Source: Pseudomonadota bacterium (lineage in GTDB: Bacteria > Pseudomonadota > Alphaproteobacteria > SHVP01). From it: a stretch of 56,678 bases of DNA. Positions 10,301-18,378 of this stretch are shown here, one piece after another (within the stretch, counting starts at the first letter, position 1; every line of letters begins with the position of its first letter). The notes below the pieces were generated by a model. That model saw only the letters and a list, made by a program, of their open reading frames with translations. It had not been told where the DNA came from and searched no databases. The DNA lies in the NCBI GenBank assembly GCA_022566715.1, contig JADFIH010000003.1:1-56678 (forward strand), given 5' to 3'. Made by a program: the position numbers and the translations under genes.

Positions 10301-10495
10301 AGGTTTAGCCTCCTCGTGTGAACATCTGCCGGTTTTCCGGTTCTGAGACGCCGATTATGCCACAGATTGGGCCCGTAAATCGATTTCAAGCTCCGGGGCC
10401 CCTACCGCCGGTTCACCAGAGCGGCCCCTTGCTCTCGAATAGCCCTTTGATCACAATGCGGCAGCTAAGAGCGATCCTAAAGGAGGGCTACCGCC

Positions 10496-11254
10496 ATGAC
10501 CGATTCGCTGGGCTACCGCATGAAGTTCGGAGTCATCGCGCCATCGACCAATACCTCGGTGCAGCCCGAGTTCGACGCCATGGCGCCCGCCGGCGTGACC
10601 AACCACATGGCCCGAATCATGATTCCGGATATGCCCATCAACAACGACGAGGACTTCGACAAACTGATCGAAGTCATCGCCTCGACCCAGGATGAGGCGG
10701 TAGAGCGGGTCAAGACCTGCGCCATGGATCATCTCGTCATGGGCATGTCGGCGGAAACCTTCTGGGACGGGCTCGACGGCGCCAAAAAGCTGCAAAAGCA
10801 CATGGAACAGGTGGCGGGCACCGGCGTGACCATGGGGTCGGACGCCTGTCAGGCGGCGCTCAAGGTCCTGTCGACGCAGTACGGGGAGATCAAGCGCATC
10901 GCCTGCATCACCCCCTATCAGCCGGTCGGCGACAAGAACGTGCGGAAGTTTTTCGAGGACCTGGGGTTCGACGTGAAGGTGGTGCTCGGCCTGAAATGCA
11001 AAAGCCCGGTGCTGATCGCCCACACCTCGGAAGCGGTGCTGCGCGACGCCATCAAGGAGGTGGACGGCGACGATGTGGACGCCATCGTCCAGGCGGGTAC
11101 GAACCTCGCCATGGCGCGGCTCGCCGCGGTGGCCGAGGAGTGGCTGCGCAAGCCGGTGATCGCCATCAACACGGCGACCTATTGGCATGCGCTGCGCACC
11201 AACGGCATCGAGGATAAGGTCCAGGGCTTCGGTTCGCTCTTGGCGCTGCATTAG
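10496..11254 (+). CDS. Asp/Glu racemase / maleate isomerase / arylmalonate decarboxylase superfamily protein
   Basis: GVIAPSTNTSVQPEF, ITPY, KPVIAIN motifs; GGAGG RBS; canonical Cys positions substituted (see findings). Confidence 0.85.
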   Translation: MTDSLGYRMKFGVIAPSTNTSVQPEFDAMAPAGVTNHMARIMIPDMPINNDEDFDKLIEVIASTQDEAVERVKTCAMDHLVMGMSAETFWDGLDGAKKLQKHMEQVAGTGVTMGSDACQAALKVLSTQYGEIKRIACITPYQPVGDKNVRKFFEDLGFDVKVVLGLKCKSPVLIAHTSEAVLRDAIKEVDGDDVDAIVQAGTNLAMARLAAVAEEWLRKPVIAINTATYWHALRTNGIEDKVQGFGSLLALH

Positions 11255-11327
11255 GCGGATAAGGAGGACATTCCCGAAACGTCCCGGCGGGGCGAAAACC
11301 GCGCCGCGCTGCCCGCGCGAGTTGCGC

Positions 11328-12218
11328 TTAAGGTTCTTCTCTATCAGGGCATGCGGCGTCGGCTTCGACGAACCAATCGGCGATGCCCGCGCCGGTCATG
11401 AAGATCGTATCGTCGCGGGCCTGCAATTCGTCGATCATCCGCGCCAAATAACCGATGCGGTGCGGCACGCCGATCAGGTGCGGATGCAGCGCCAAGGTCA
11501 GCACCCGCGGGTTCTCTTTGGTCTCTTCGCCGAAGGTTTCCAGGGTATCCCGGAAGCGCCGGTACATCTCCGGCGAGGACTGCGTCTGCATGGCATAGAT
11601 CGGACTGTCGTTGAGTTCCAGCGTATAGGGCATGCAGATCAGCGGCCCGTGCTTGGTCGTCATCCAGCACGGCAGGTCGTCGAGCACCCAATCGCAGAGG
11701 TAGTCGATGCCGGCCGCCTTTAGGAGGTCGGGCGTCTCCAGGGTCTCCTTGAGGCCGGGCCCGAGCCAGCCGCGCGGGCGCACGCCGTAGAAGGAGGCGA
11801 GTTTATCGAGGCACCTCTCGATCAGCGTCGCTTCGTCGGCCTCACCCTGGAGGGAGCGCTGCTTGAAACCGTGCCCCACGACCTCCCAGCCCGCGTCCGC
11901 GATCGCAGCCGCGACCGCCGGGTAGTCGTCGACGACGCCCGCGTTCATGAAGGCGCTGGCGGGGACGCTCTTTTCGCGGAACATCTTGAACAGGCGCGGC
12001 AGGCCGGTGCGCAGGCCGTATTCCGCCCAACTGAAATTTGGAACATCGGGCACCGATTCGAGCCCGTGCGGCGCCGTGATCAGCTTGCGCGGCATGGGCT
12101 CGTCGAAGGGCCAGGATTCCACGTTCACCACCAGGTGCACGATCAGGGGCTTACCCTCGGGCGGCGCGAGCTTGGCGCGGCTCGAAGACAATTCAAAGGG
12201 AACGCGCGGGTTGTTCAT
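11328..12218 (-). CDS. Polysaccharide-deacetylase-fold hydrolase (PuuE/allantoinase-like subgroup)
   Basis: SWAEYGLRTG, WEVVGHG, PRGWLGPG, PYTLELND, LALHPHLIG motifs. Confidence 0.85.
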   Translation of the reverse strand: MNNPRVPFELSSSRAKLAPPEGKPLIVHLVVNVESWPFDEPMPRKLITAPHGLESVPDVPNFSWAEYGLRTGLPRLFKMFREKSVPASAFMNAGVVDDYPAVAAAIADAGWEVVGHGFKQRSLQGEADEATLIERCLDKLASFYGVRPRGWLGPGLKETLETPDLLKAAGIDYLCDWVLDDLPCWMTTKHGPLICMPYTLELNDSPIYAMQTQSSPEMYRRFRDTLETFGEETKENPRVLTLALHPHLIGVPHRIGYLARMIDELQARDDTIFMTGAGIADWFVEADAACPDREEP

Positions 12219-12270
12219 CGCATTTGGTTTCCCAGTACACCGACGCACAACATCATCATTGCCGAGCTTA

Positions 12271-12366
12271 CCCCCTCAGCTCTCTCCCAGCTAAGGGGAG
12301 GGGGTTCGGGATGCGCCGCCGAATTCTTGTTCCCTCTCCCTTTAGGGGGAGGGTTAGGGAGGGGGG
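12271..12366. repeat. Alphaproteobacterial palindromic intergenic element (RIME/CIR/RPE-like)
   Basis: CCCCCTCAGCTCTCTCCC...GGGGAGGG(G) arm and inverted CCCTCTCCCTTTAGGGGGAGGGTTAGGGAGGGGG arm; minus strand translates to the characteristic SPLPNPPPKGRG peptide. Confidence 0.75.
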
Positions 12367-12419
12367 AGGTTTGCGGGCGGATCATGGAGATTGGACCAGT
12401 GCCCGGCCGGACGCCACGG

Positions 12420-13544
12420 CTAACCGAACTCTTTATATATAGCGTCGCCATGGGCGCCTACGGCCGGAACCGGGGCCGCGGCCGGCAGGCCGTCGCCGAC
12501 GACTCTCACGGGCGGCGCGACGACTTGAATTTCGCCCGCCGGCGTCGCCACGGCCAGGCGGCGCAACTGAGGGTGCTTGGAAAAATCGGCGACCGAGTTC
12601 AACACCCCGAAGGCGATCTTCGCCCGCTTGAGAACCTTGGACAGCTCGGGCCGCGACAGGGCGCCAAAGACCTTGTCGATCTCGGCGTTTAGTTTATTGC
12701 GGTTGGCGACGCGCGCGTCGTTGTCGCGGAAGTCCGGCGCTGACGCCAGATCGGGCTGGCCCAGAACCTCGGCGCAAAACCGCACCCACTCGCGCTCGTT
12801 CTGAATGGAAATGACGACGTAGTCGCCGTCCCTCGCCGCGTAGGCGCCATAGGGCGCGATGCCCGGATGGTTGAGGCCGAGGCGGACCGGGGCCTTGCCC
12901 GTGTAGTCGTGCAGGAGCAGGGGAACCGACATCCAGTCCCCCAGCGCGTCGAACAGCGAGACCTGGAGCCCCACGCCCTTGCCGGTCTTATGGCGTTGAA
13001 GAAGCGCCTGGCAAATACCGGTAACCGCATACATCCCGGCGGCGATGTCGCATAGGGAGACGCCGACGCGCGACGGCGCGTCCGGACCACCGGTGATGGA
13101 GGCAAGTCCGGTCTCGGCCTGGATGAGAAAGTCATAGGCCTTCATGTCGCGGTAGGGACCGTCCTCGCCGTAGCCGCTGATGTCGCAGGTGATCAGCCGC
13201 GGATGCGCCTTGCGCAGCTCGCCGGAACCGAAGCCCGCGCGCGCCGCGGCGCCAGGCGCCAGGTTCTGGATGAAGACATCGGCCTTGGCCAGCATGCGGT
13301 GCAGCAGGGCCTTTCCCGCTTCGTCCTTGATGTCGATGACGACCGATTCCTTGCCCCGGTTGAGCCAGACGAAATAGGCGCTCTGTCCCTTGACGGCCGT
13401 GTCGTAGCCCCGCGCGAAATCGCCTTCGGCCCGCTCGATCTTGATCACCCGCGCGCCCGCGTCCGCCAGCCGCGAGGAGCAGAAGGGGGCGGCCACCGCC
13501 TGTTCGAGGGAGACGACGAGAACGCCGTCGAGCGGATTGAACAT
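12420..13544 (-). CDS. CaiB/BaiF family III CoA-transferase (resembles itaconate/mesaconate CoA-transferase subgroup)
   Basis: PLDGVLVVSLEQAVAAPFCSSRLADAGARVIKIER-x-EGDFARGYD, WLNRGKES, KAYDFLIQAETG; ATG overlaps the upstream TGA (TGATG) at 13544. Confidence 0.92.
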   Translation of the reverse strand: MFNPLDGVLVVSLEQAVAAPFCSSRLADAGARVIKIERAEGDFARGYDTAVKGQSAYFVWLNRGKESVVIDIKDEAGKALLHRMLAKADVFIQNLAPGAAARAGFGSGELRKAHPRLITCDISGYGEDGPYRDMKAYDFLIQAETGLASITGGPDAPSRVGVSLCDIAAGMYAVTGICQALLQRHKTGKGVGLQVSLFDALGDWMSVPLLLHDYTGKAPVRLGLNHPGIAPYGAYAARDGDYVVISIQNEREWVRFCAEVLGQPDLASAPDFRDNDARVANRNKLNAEIDKVFGALSRPELSKVLKRAKIAFGVLNSVADFSKHPQLRRLAVATPAGEIQVVAPPVRVVGDGLPAAAPVPAVGAHGDAIYKEFG

Positions 13545-14722
13545 CAATAGGACCGCGGCAGGCCGAGCACGTGCTCGGCGATATAGGCAAGGATCAGGTT
13601 GGTCGAGATGGGCGCGATTTGATACAGCCGCGTCTCGCGAAACTTGCGCTCGATATCGTATTCCTCGGCGAAGGCGAAACCGCCGTGGGTTTGCATGCAG
13701 GCTTCGGCCGCCTGCCAGGCCGCCTCCGAGCCGATCATCTTGGCCATGTTGGCTTCCGGACCGCAGGGCTGGCCCGCGTCGAACATGGCGGCGGCCTTCT
13801 TGACCATCAGGTCGGCGGCCTCGATCGCCGCATAGGCCCGGGCGATGGGGAACTGTATGCCCTGGTTCTGGCCGATGGGGCGGCCAAACACGACCCGTTC
13901 GTTGGCGTAGTCCGTCGCCTTTTTGATGAACCAGCGGCCGTCGCCGATACATTCGTGGGCGATCAGGATGCGCTCCGCGTTCATGCCGTCGATGATACAG
14001 CGGAAGCCTTTACCCTCCTGGCCGATCAAGTTCTCGGCGGGCACCTTCATGTTGTCGAAAAAGACTTCCGTCGTGGAGTGATTGATCATGGCCCGGATCG
14101 GCCGAATGGTGAGACCGTTGCCCAGCGCCTTTCGCATGTCGACGACGAAAACGGACAGACCGTCCGTGCGTTTCTCCACCTTGTCCTTCGGCATGGTGCG
14201 CGCCAGAAGCAGCATGAGGTCCGAGTGCTCGGCCCGCGAGGTCCAAACCTTCTGCCCATTGACGACATAGTGGTCTCCGTCGCGCTCCGCCGTGGTGCTC
14301 AGGCTCAGGGTGTCGGTGCCGCTGGTAGGCTCGGTCACCGCGAAGGCCTGAAGGCGCAACTCGCCGCTGGCGATCTTGGGCAGCCAGCGCGCTTTCTGTT
14401 CCGGGCTGCCGTGACGCAGGATGGTGCCCATGATGTACATCTGGGCGTGGCAGGCGCCGCCGTTGCAGCCCGATTTCTGAATCTCTTCGAGAATGGCGCC
14501 GGCATGGGTGACGCCAAGACCGCTGCCGCCATATTCCTCGGGGATCAGGGCGGCCAGGAACCCGGACTTGGTCAGGGCCGTCACGAACTCCGTGGGGTAT
14601 TCGCGGTCGCGGTCCTTTTGGCGCCAGTATTTGCCCGGAAAGTCCGCGCAAAGGGCTCGAACGGCCTGGCGGATCTGTTCCATATCCTGGCCTTCGGCGG
14701 CGATGTCCTCGGGCATGGTCAT
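13544..14722 (-). CDS. Acyl-CoA dehydrogenase
   Basis: IPEEYGGSGLG, AVTEPTSGTD, NGQKVWTS, FGRPIGQNQGIQF, QTHGGFAFAEEYDIERKFRETRLYQIAPISTN. Confidence 0.95.
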   Translation of the reverse strand: MTMPEDIAAEGQDMEQIRQAVRALCADFPGKYWRQKDRDREYPTEFVTALTKSGFLAALIPEEYGGSGLGVTHAGAILEEIQKSGCNGGACHAQMYIMGTILRHGSPEQKARWLPKIASGELRLQAFAVTEPTSGTDTLSLSTTAERDGDHYVVNGQKVWTSRAEHSDLMLLLARTMPKDKVEKRTDGLSVFVVDMRKALGNGLTIRPIRAMINHSTTEVFFDNMKVPAENLIGQEGKGFRCIIDGMNAERILIAHECIGDGRWFIKKATDYANERVVFGRPIGQNQGIQFPIARAYAAIEAADLMVKKAAAMFDAGQPCGPEANMAKMIGSEAAWQAAEACMQTHGGFAFAEEYDIERKFRETRLYQIAPISTNLILAYIAEHVLGLPRSY

Positions 14723-15019
14723 GGCCTGTCCTCACTCTCGGCGGTTCGTTGAATTGGCGGCGCTCGCAGGATCGCCGCAGGGTCCGTCCTAGGCGCCCAT
14801 CATAGGCGCCCACCATAGGCCAATGGCGCGCTCGAACCCAAGGCCGCCCAATATTAATAAGTTTGAGCAAATCCTCCGGGTCGCCAGATTTGCTCTATGG
14901 ACCGCCTCCGGCGATTCCGGTCAATGCGGATTTGCCCCGCGCGGCGCCGCGTGGTGCGCGGGCGAAAAAAGAACGCGGGCATTGCCCGCGCTCTTCTTAC
15001 TCGGAAACCGAGCCGCGTT

Positions 15020-15775
15020 CTAGCGCGCGACCTCTTTGACGATATTTTCGTACTGCTCGTTCGATTCCTTGCGCGTGATCTGCTCCAACTCGTCGGTGAC
15101 GATGCGCAGGATTCGGGCCACATAGTCGGCGCGCCACTTCACCCGCTCTTGATCGACAACTTCCGTCGCCCTGTAGGCTTCGATATTCGCCGACGTCGAA
15201 AATTTCTTCTTCTCCGCCAGGCGCTCGTGGGTATCGAGCCGCTCGCGGATCACCGATACCTCGCCCGTCAACGCCATCAGCATGGCCAACAGTTTGTCGA
15301 CGTTGGGATCGTCGAAGAAGTAAGGCCGCCGGCCCTTGGCCGTGCGGATACGCTTGATCTCGGGTTGCGGCGCCGCCGCCTTGGCGACGACTTTCTTGCG
15401 GGCCGTCCGTTTCGCCGCGCTTTTCTTTGGCGCGGCGGGCTTTCGCTTGACTCGGATTTTTCGCTTGGCCGGGGCCTTTCGCTTGGCGGTGGTCTTCTTG
15501 GCGGCCGTCTTGCGCTTCGCCGGGGCCTTCTTGGCGGCCGTCTTGCGCTTGGCCGGGGCCTTCTTGGCGGTGGTCTTCTTGGCCGTCGTCTTGCGTGCCG
15601 GGGCCTTCCGCTTGGCGGTGGTCTTCCTTGCCGTCGTCTTGCGTGCCGGGGCCTTCGGCTTGGCGGTGGTCTTGCGGGCCGGCGTCTTGGGCTTGGCCGT
15701 CGATTTCCGCGCCGTCGATTTCTTCGCGGCGGGTTTGCTGCCCGGCTTGCGGGCCTTCGTTGCTGCTTTAGCCAT
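15020..15775 (-). CDS. Histone H1-like Lys/Ala/Arg repeat region fused to a conserved ~110-aa helical domain of unknown function
   Basis: About 140 N-terminal residues of KAPARKTTAK/KAPAKRKTAAK repeats, then AKGRRPYFFDDPNVDKLLAMLMALTGEVSVIRERLDTHERL; AGGAG upstream. Confidence 0.8.
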   Translation of the reverse strand: MAKAATKARKPGSKPAAKKSTARKSTAKPKTPARKTTAKPKAPARKTTARKTTAKRKAPARKTTAKKTTAKKAPAKRKTAAKKAPAKRKTAAKKTTAKRKAPAKRKIRVKRKPAAPKKSAAKRTARKKVVAKAAAPQPEIKRIRTAKGRRPYFFDDPNVDKLLAMLMALTGEVSVIRERLDTHERLAEKKKFSTSANIEAYRATEVVDQERVKWRADYVARILRIVTDELEQITRKESNEQYENIVKEVAR

Positions 15776-15889
15776 GAGTTGTCTGCTCTCTCCTGTTTTT
15801 GTGGTTAGCCTTATTTACGAGCCCCAAAATACCACCAGTTGCGTCGATACCGTTATTACCTTCTTTGAACCGTTCCGAATAGTGCTCAG

Positions 15890-16432
15890 TTAGTGCAAGC
15901 TCTTTACATACTCCTCAATGTAATTGCCATCCTCGAATCCAGCGCCCGCCATCAGCGATACTGGATCCAACTCGTGAATGTTTCTTATGTAGGGCTCGGC
16001 ATTGTCGTGGGCGTCCCGGCCGAGGACCGAAGCCTCGTAGGGAGACATTCGGTCCCGGGGCGGTCCCTCGCGATGGAGGCTGATCCCGCCCTCAATAAAA
16101 TCCGATGGGTCGTTTCGAGAATTTGAGGCGTGGCCGCGTTCGGCGCTCCCGCCGGCGCGATCCCACATCGGTTCCCGCGCGATGCGCTTTAGCGAACGGC
16201 TCATCCGATAGTAGTCGTTTACGAGGAGGACATCGAGAACTTGGCGCCTGCCGCCCGGTGAGTCACCATTCGCCCGTTCGTATGCCGGTGCGGCGCGCCT
16301 ATCCATAGTAACCTTGTCCCCTGGCGTTACGCCGGCCACGGCGTATTCTTTCGGGGAAACAACGAAACTCTCACGCGAGAGTTCATTGCGGGTTACGTCC
16401 GCGGGCATCGCGTGCCCGCCCGGACCAATCAT
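15890..16432 (-). pseudogene. Internally deleted third paralogue of the 3711/6165 methyltransferase family
   Basis: N-terminal part (RESFVVSPK...PAYERANG...YYRMSRSLKRIAREPMWD...SAER) and C-terminal part (GGISLH...NAEPY..IHELD..M.GAGF) align to the paralogues, but the HGQPGGY and SAM-binding core are missing. Confidence 0.7.
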
Positions 16433-16664
16433 CTTTCGCGTCTCCCTTTTGCCGCCATCCCGAACACCCCCTTCGATCGAAAGGCGAGGCACGAAAAGAT
16501 AATAGCCCTTTTCGCTCTGGGCGAAAGGTTTCTTACACATCGGTTCGCCTCAACCTGGATTTTTTGTCGAAGGCGTCTGCAACGGTTATGGTGCCGGCGG
16601 AGGCGCGCCCACCGCATCGGCGTGGGGCGATACGTTCATTGCATATGAGGAAGGCAAAAACGAT

Positions 16665-16886
16665 ATGGCGAAACAGGGCGAAGGTTTTTCGGGCGCCGAT
16701 GTCAAGAAGATGGCCGCCGAATGGCATGGCATCGAATTGAGCGATGCGCGGGCGGCGGGACTTGCCGGCGAACTCAACGGCCTGAACGCGGCGACGCGGT
16801 CGGCCGCGCGGCGCTTGCCCTACGATACCGATCCCGCCGCGTTCACATCCGCCCTGACAAGACTCAAGCACAAGGGGCGGACCTGA
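16665..16886 (+). CDS. Small (73 aa) amidase-associated protein, AtzG/GatC-like
   Basis: GIELSDARAAGL...LPYDTDPAAF pattern; stop 1 nt before the amidase ATG; GAGG upstream. Confidence 0.6.
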   Translation: MAKQGEGFSGADVKKMAAEWHGIELSDARAAGLAGELNGLNAATRSAARRLPYDTDPAAFTSALTRLKHKGRT

Positions 16887-16887
16887 A

Positions 16888-18303
16888 ATGGCGGCGGACC
16901 CGACCGCCTGGAGTCTCGTTGAGGTTGCCGACGCCATCGTGCGTAAAGAGGTGTCGTGCCTCGAGGTGACGCAGGCCTGCCTCGCGCGGGCGGAGACGCA
17001 CCAGCCCACCCTTAATTGCTTCATCTCCCTGGAGGCCGACGAGGCCCGGCGCCAGGCGATGGACGCCGACGCCGCCTTGGCGCGGGGCGATGTACGCGGG
17101 CCGCTCCACGGCGTGCCCCTGGCCCACAAGGATCTTCTCTACCGGGCCGGCAAGGTCGTCACCTGCGGTTCCCGGATTCTCGGGGATTTCGTCGCGGACC
17201 GCACGGCCACCGTGCTGGAGCGTTTGAGCGCGGCCGGCGCGGTCAATTTGGGCGCCCTGAACATGGCCGAGATCGCGCTTGGCGCCTCGGGACGCAACGA
17301 GCATTTCGGCCATTGCCGCAACCCTTGGAACCCGGATCACGTAACGGGGGGGTCGTCCAGCGGCTCCGCAGCGGCGGTGGCGGGGCGCATTGCCTACGGC
17401 GCCATCGGCACCGACACGGGCGGTTCGATCCGCCTTCCGGCGACCATGTGCGGCCTCGTTGGCATCAAGCCGACGCAGACCCGAACCAGCCGCCATGGCG
17501 TCATGCCCTTGTCGTACTCTTTGGATAACGTGGGGCCCCTCACGCGCACGGTCGCGGATTGCGCCCGCATGCTTGGCGTCATCGCCGGCGTGGATCCAAA
17601 TGATCCGACCTGCAGTAGCGAGCCCGTGCCCGACTACGAAAAGAGCTTGGATGGGGCCGGCGCGCGCGGCGTGCGGATCGGCGTTCCCACCTCCTATTAC
17701 TATGACCACACGACCGAGGCGGTGCGATCGGCGCTGGAGGCAAGCCTTCAGGTCTTCAAATCGCTCGGGGCCGAGATCGTCGAGGTCGAGATTCCGGATC
17801 ACGACCTGATACGCGAACTCTTCGGGACCTTGATGCGGGCGGAAGCGGCGAATATCCACGCCAAGTGGTTCGCCGAACGCCCAGGGGACTATTCCACCGA
17901 GGTCCGCGCCCGCATCGAAGCGGGGCTCTATATGCCGGCCACGCGCTACCTCGAATCCATGCGTCTGCGTCCCGGCCTGATGGATGAGTTCTGCGAAATG
18001 GTGTTCGGCAAGGCCGACGTATTCCATGCGCCGGGATTGGCAATTGCGGTGCCGACCTTGGAGGAGACCGATGCCGCGGTGTCTGACGACGCCCTTCTGA
18101 TCAACGAGCGCCTCGCCTGGTGTACGCGCGCGGCGAACTATTTGGGCCTGCCTTCTTTGGCTGTTCCTTGCGGGTTCGCCGACCGCGGGCTTCCGGTCGG
18201 GTTCCAACTCATGGGGCGGCCTTTCGCGGAGGAGTTCCTTTTTCAGGTCGGCCACGCCTATCAGCGCGAGACCGATTGGCACCAGCGCGCGCCCGCGCTC
18301 TAA
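16888..18303 (+). CDS. Amidase-signature family hydrolase (GatA/AtzE-like)
   Basis: GPLHGVPLAHKD, GGSSSGS, GTDTGGSIRLPA (Lys-cisSer-Ser triad), GLPVGFQLMG. Confidence 0.95.
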   Translation: MAADPTAWSLVEVADAIVRKEVSCLEVTQACLARAETHQPTLNCFISLEADEARRQAMDADAALARGDVRGPLHGVPLAHKDLLYRAGKVVTCGSRILGDFVADRTATVLERLSAAGAVNLGALNMAEIALGASGRNEHFGHCRNPWNPDHVTGGSSSGSAAAVAGRIAYGAIGTDTGGSIRLPATMCGLVGIKPTQTRTSRHGVMPLSYSLDNVGPLTRTVADCARMLGVIAGVDPNDPTCSSEPVPDYEKSLDGAGARGVRIGVPTSYYYDHTTEAVRSALEASLQVFKSLGAEIVEVEIPDHDLIRELFGTLMRAEAANIHAKWFAERPGDYSTEVRARIEAGLYMPATRYLESMRLRPGLMDEFCEMVFGKADVFHAPGLAIAVPTLEETDAAVSDDALLINERLAWCTRAANYLGLPSLAVPCGFADRGLPVGFQLMGRPFAEEFLFQVGHAYQRETDWHQRAPAL

Positions 18304-18378
18304 CGCCTGCCGCCGCCGTCGGCGTCCGGTTTCCGGCGGCCTCCGGTTGATCCGGCGCGGAGGCGTTTAGCGGAACAC

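Noticed and set aside
13545-13952. 136-aa N-terminal extension of the CoA-transferase in the ORF track (12420..13952)
   Set aside because: Overlaps the acyl-CoA dehydrogenase in another frame; family homology starts at MFNPLDG with TGATG coupling at 13544.
15470-15700. Regularly spaced DNA repeats as possible CRISPR array
   Set aside because: Repeats are contiguous, in frame and coding; no unique spacers and no cas genes.
15336-15893. Hydrophobic repetitive ORF (AVVFLAAVLR...) that looks like a membrane protein
   Set aside because: Antisense mirror of the Lys/Ala/Thr repeats of 15020..15775; same applies to 14897..15808 and to 44670..45365 opposite dksA.
16888-18303. Call as gatA of the GatCAB amidotransferase
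   Set aside because: No gatB adjacent and catabolic context; treated as a generic amidase.
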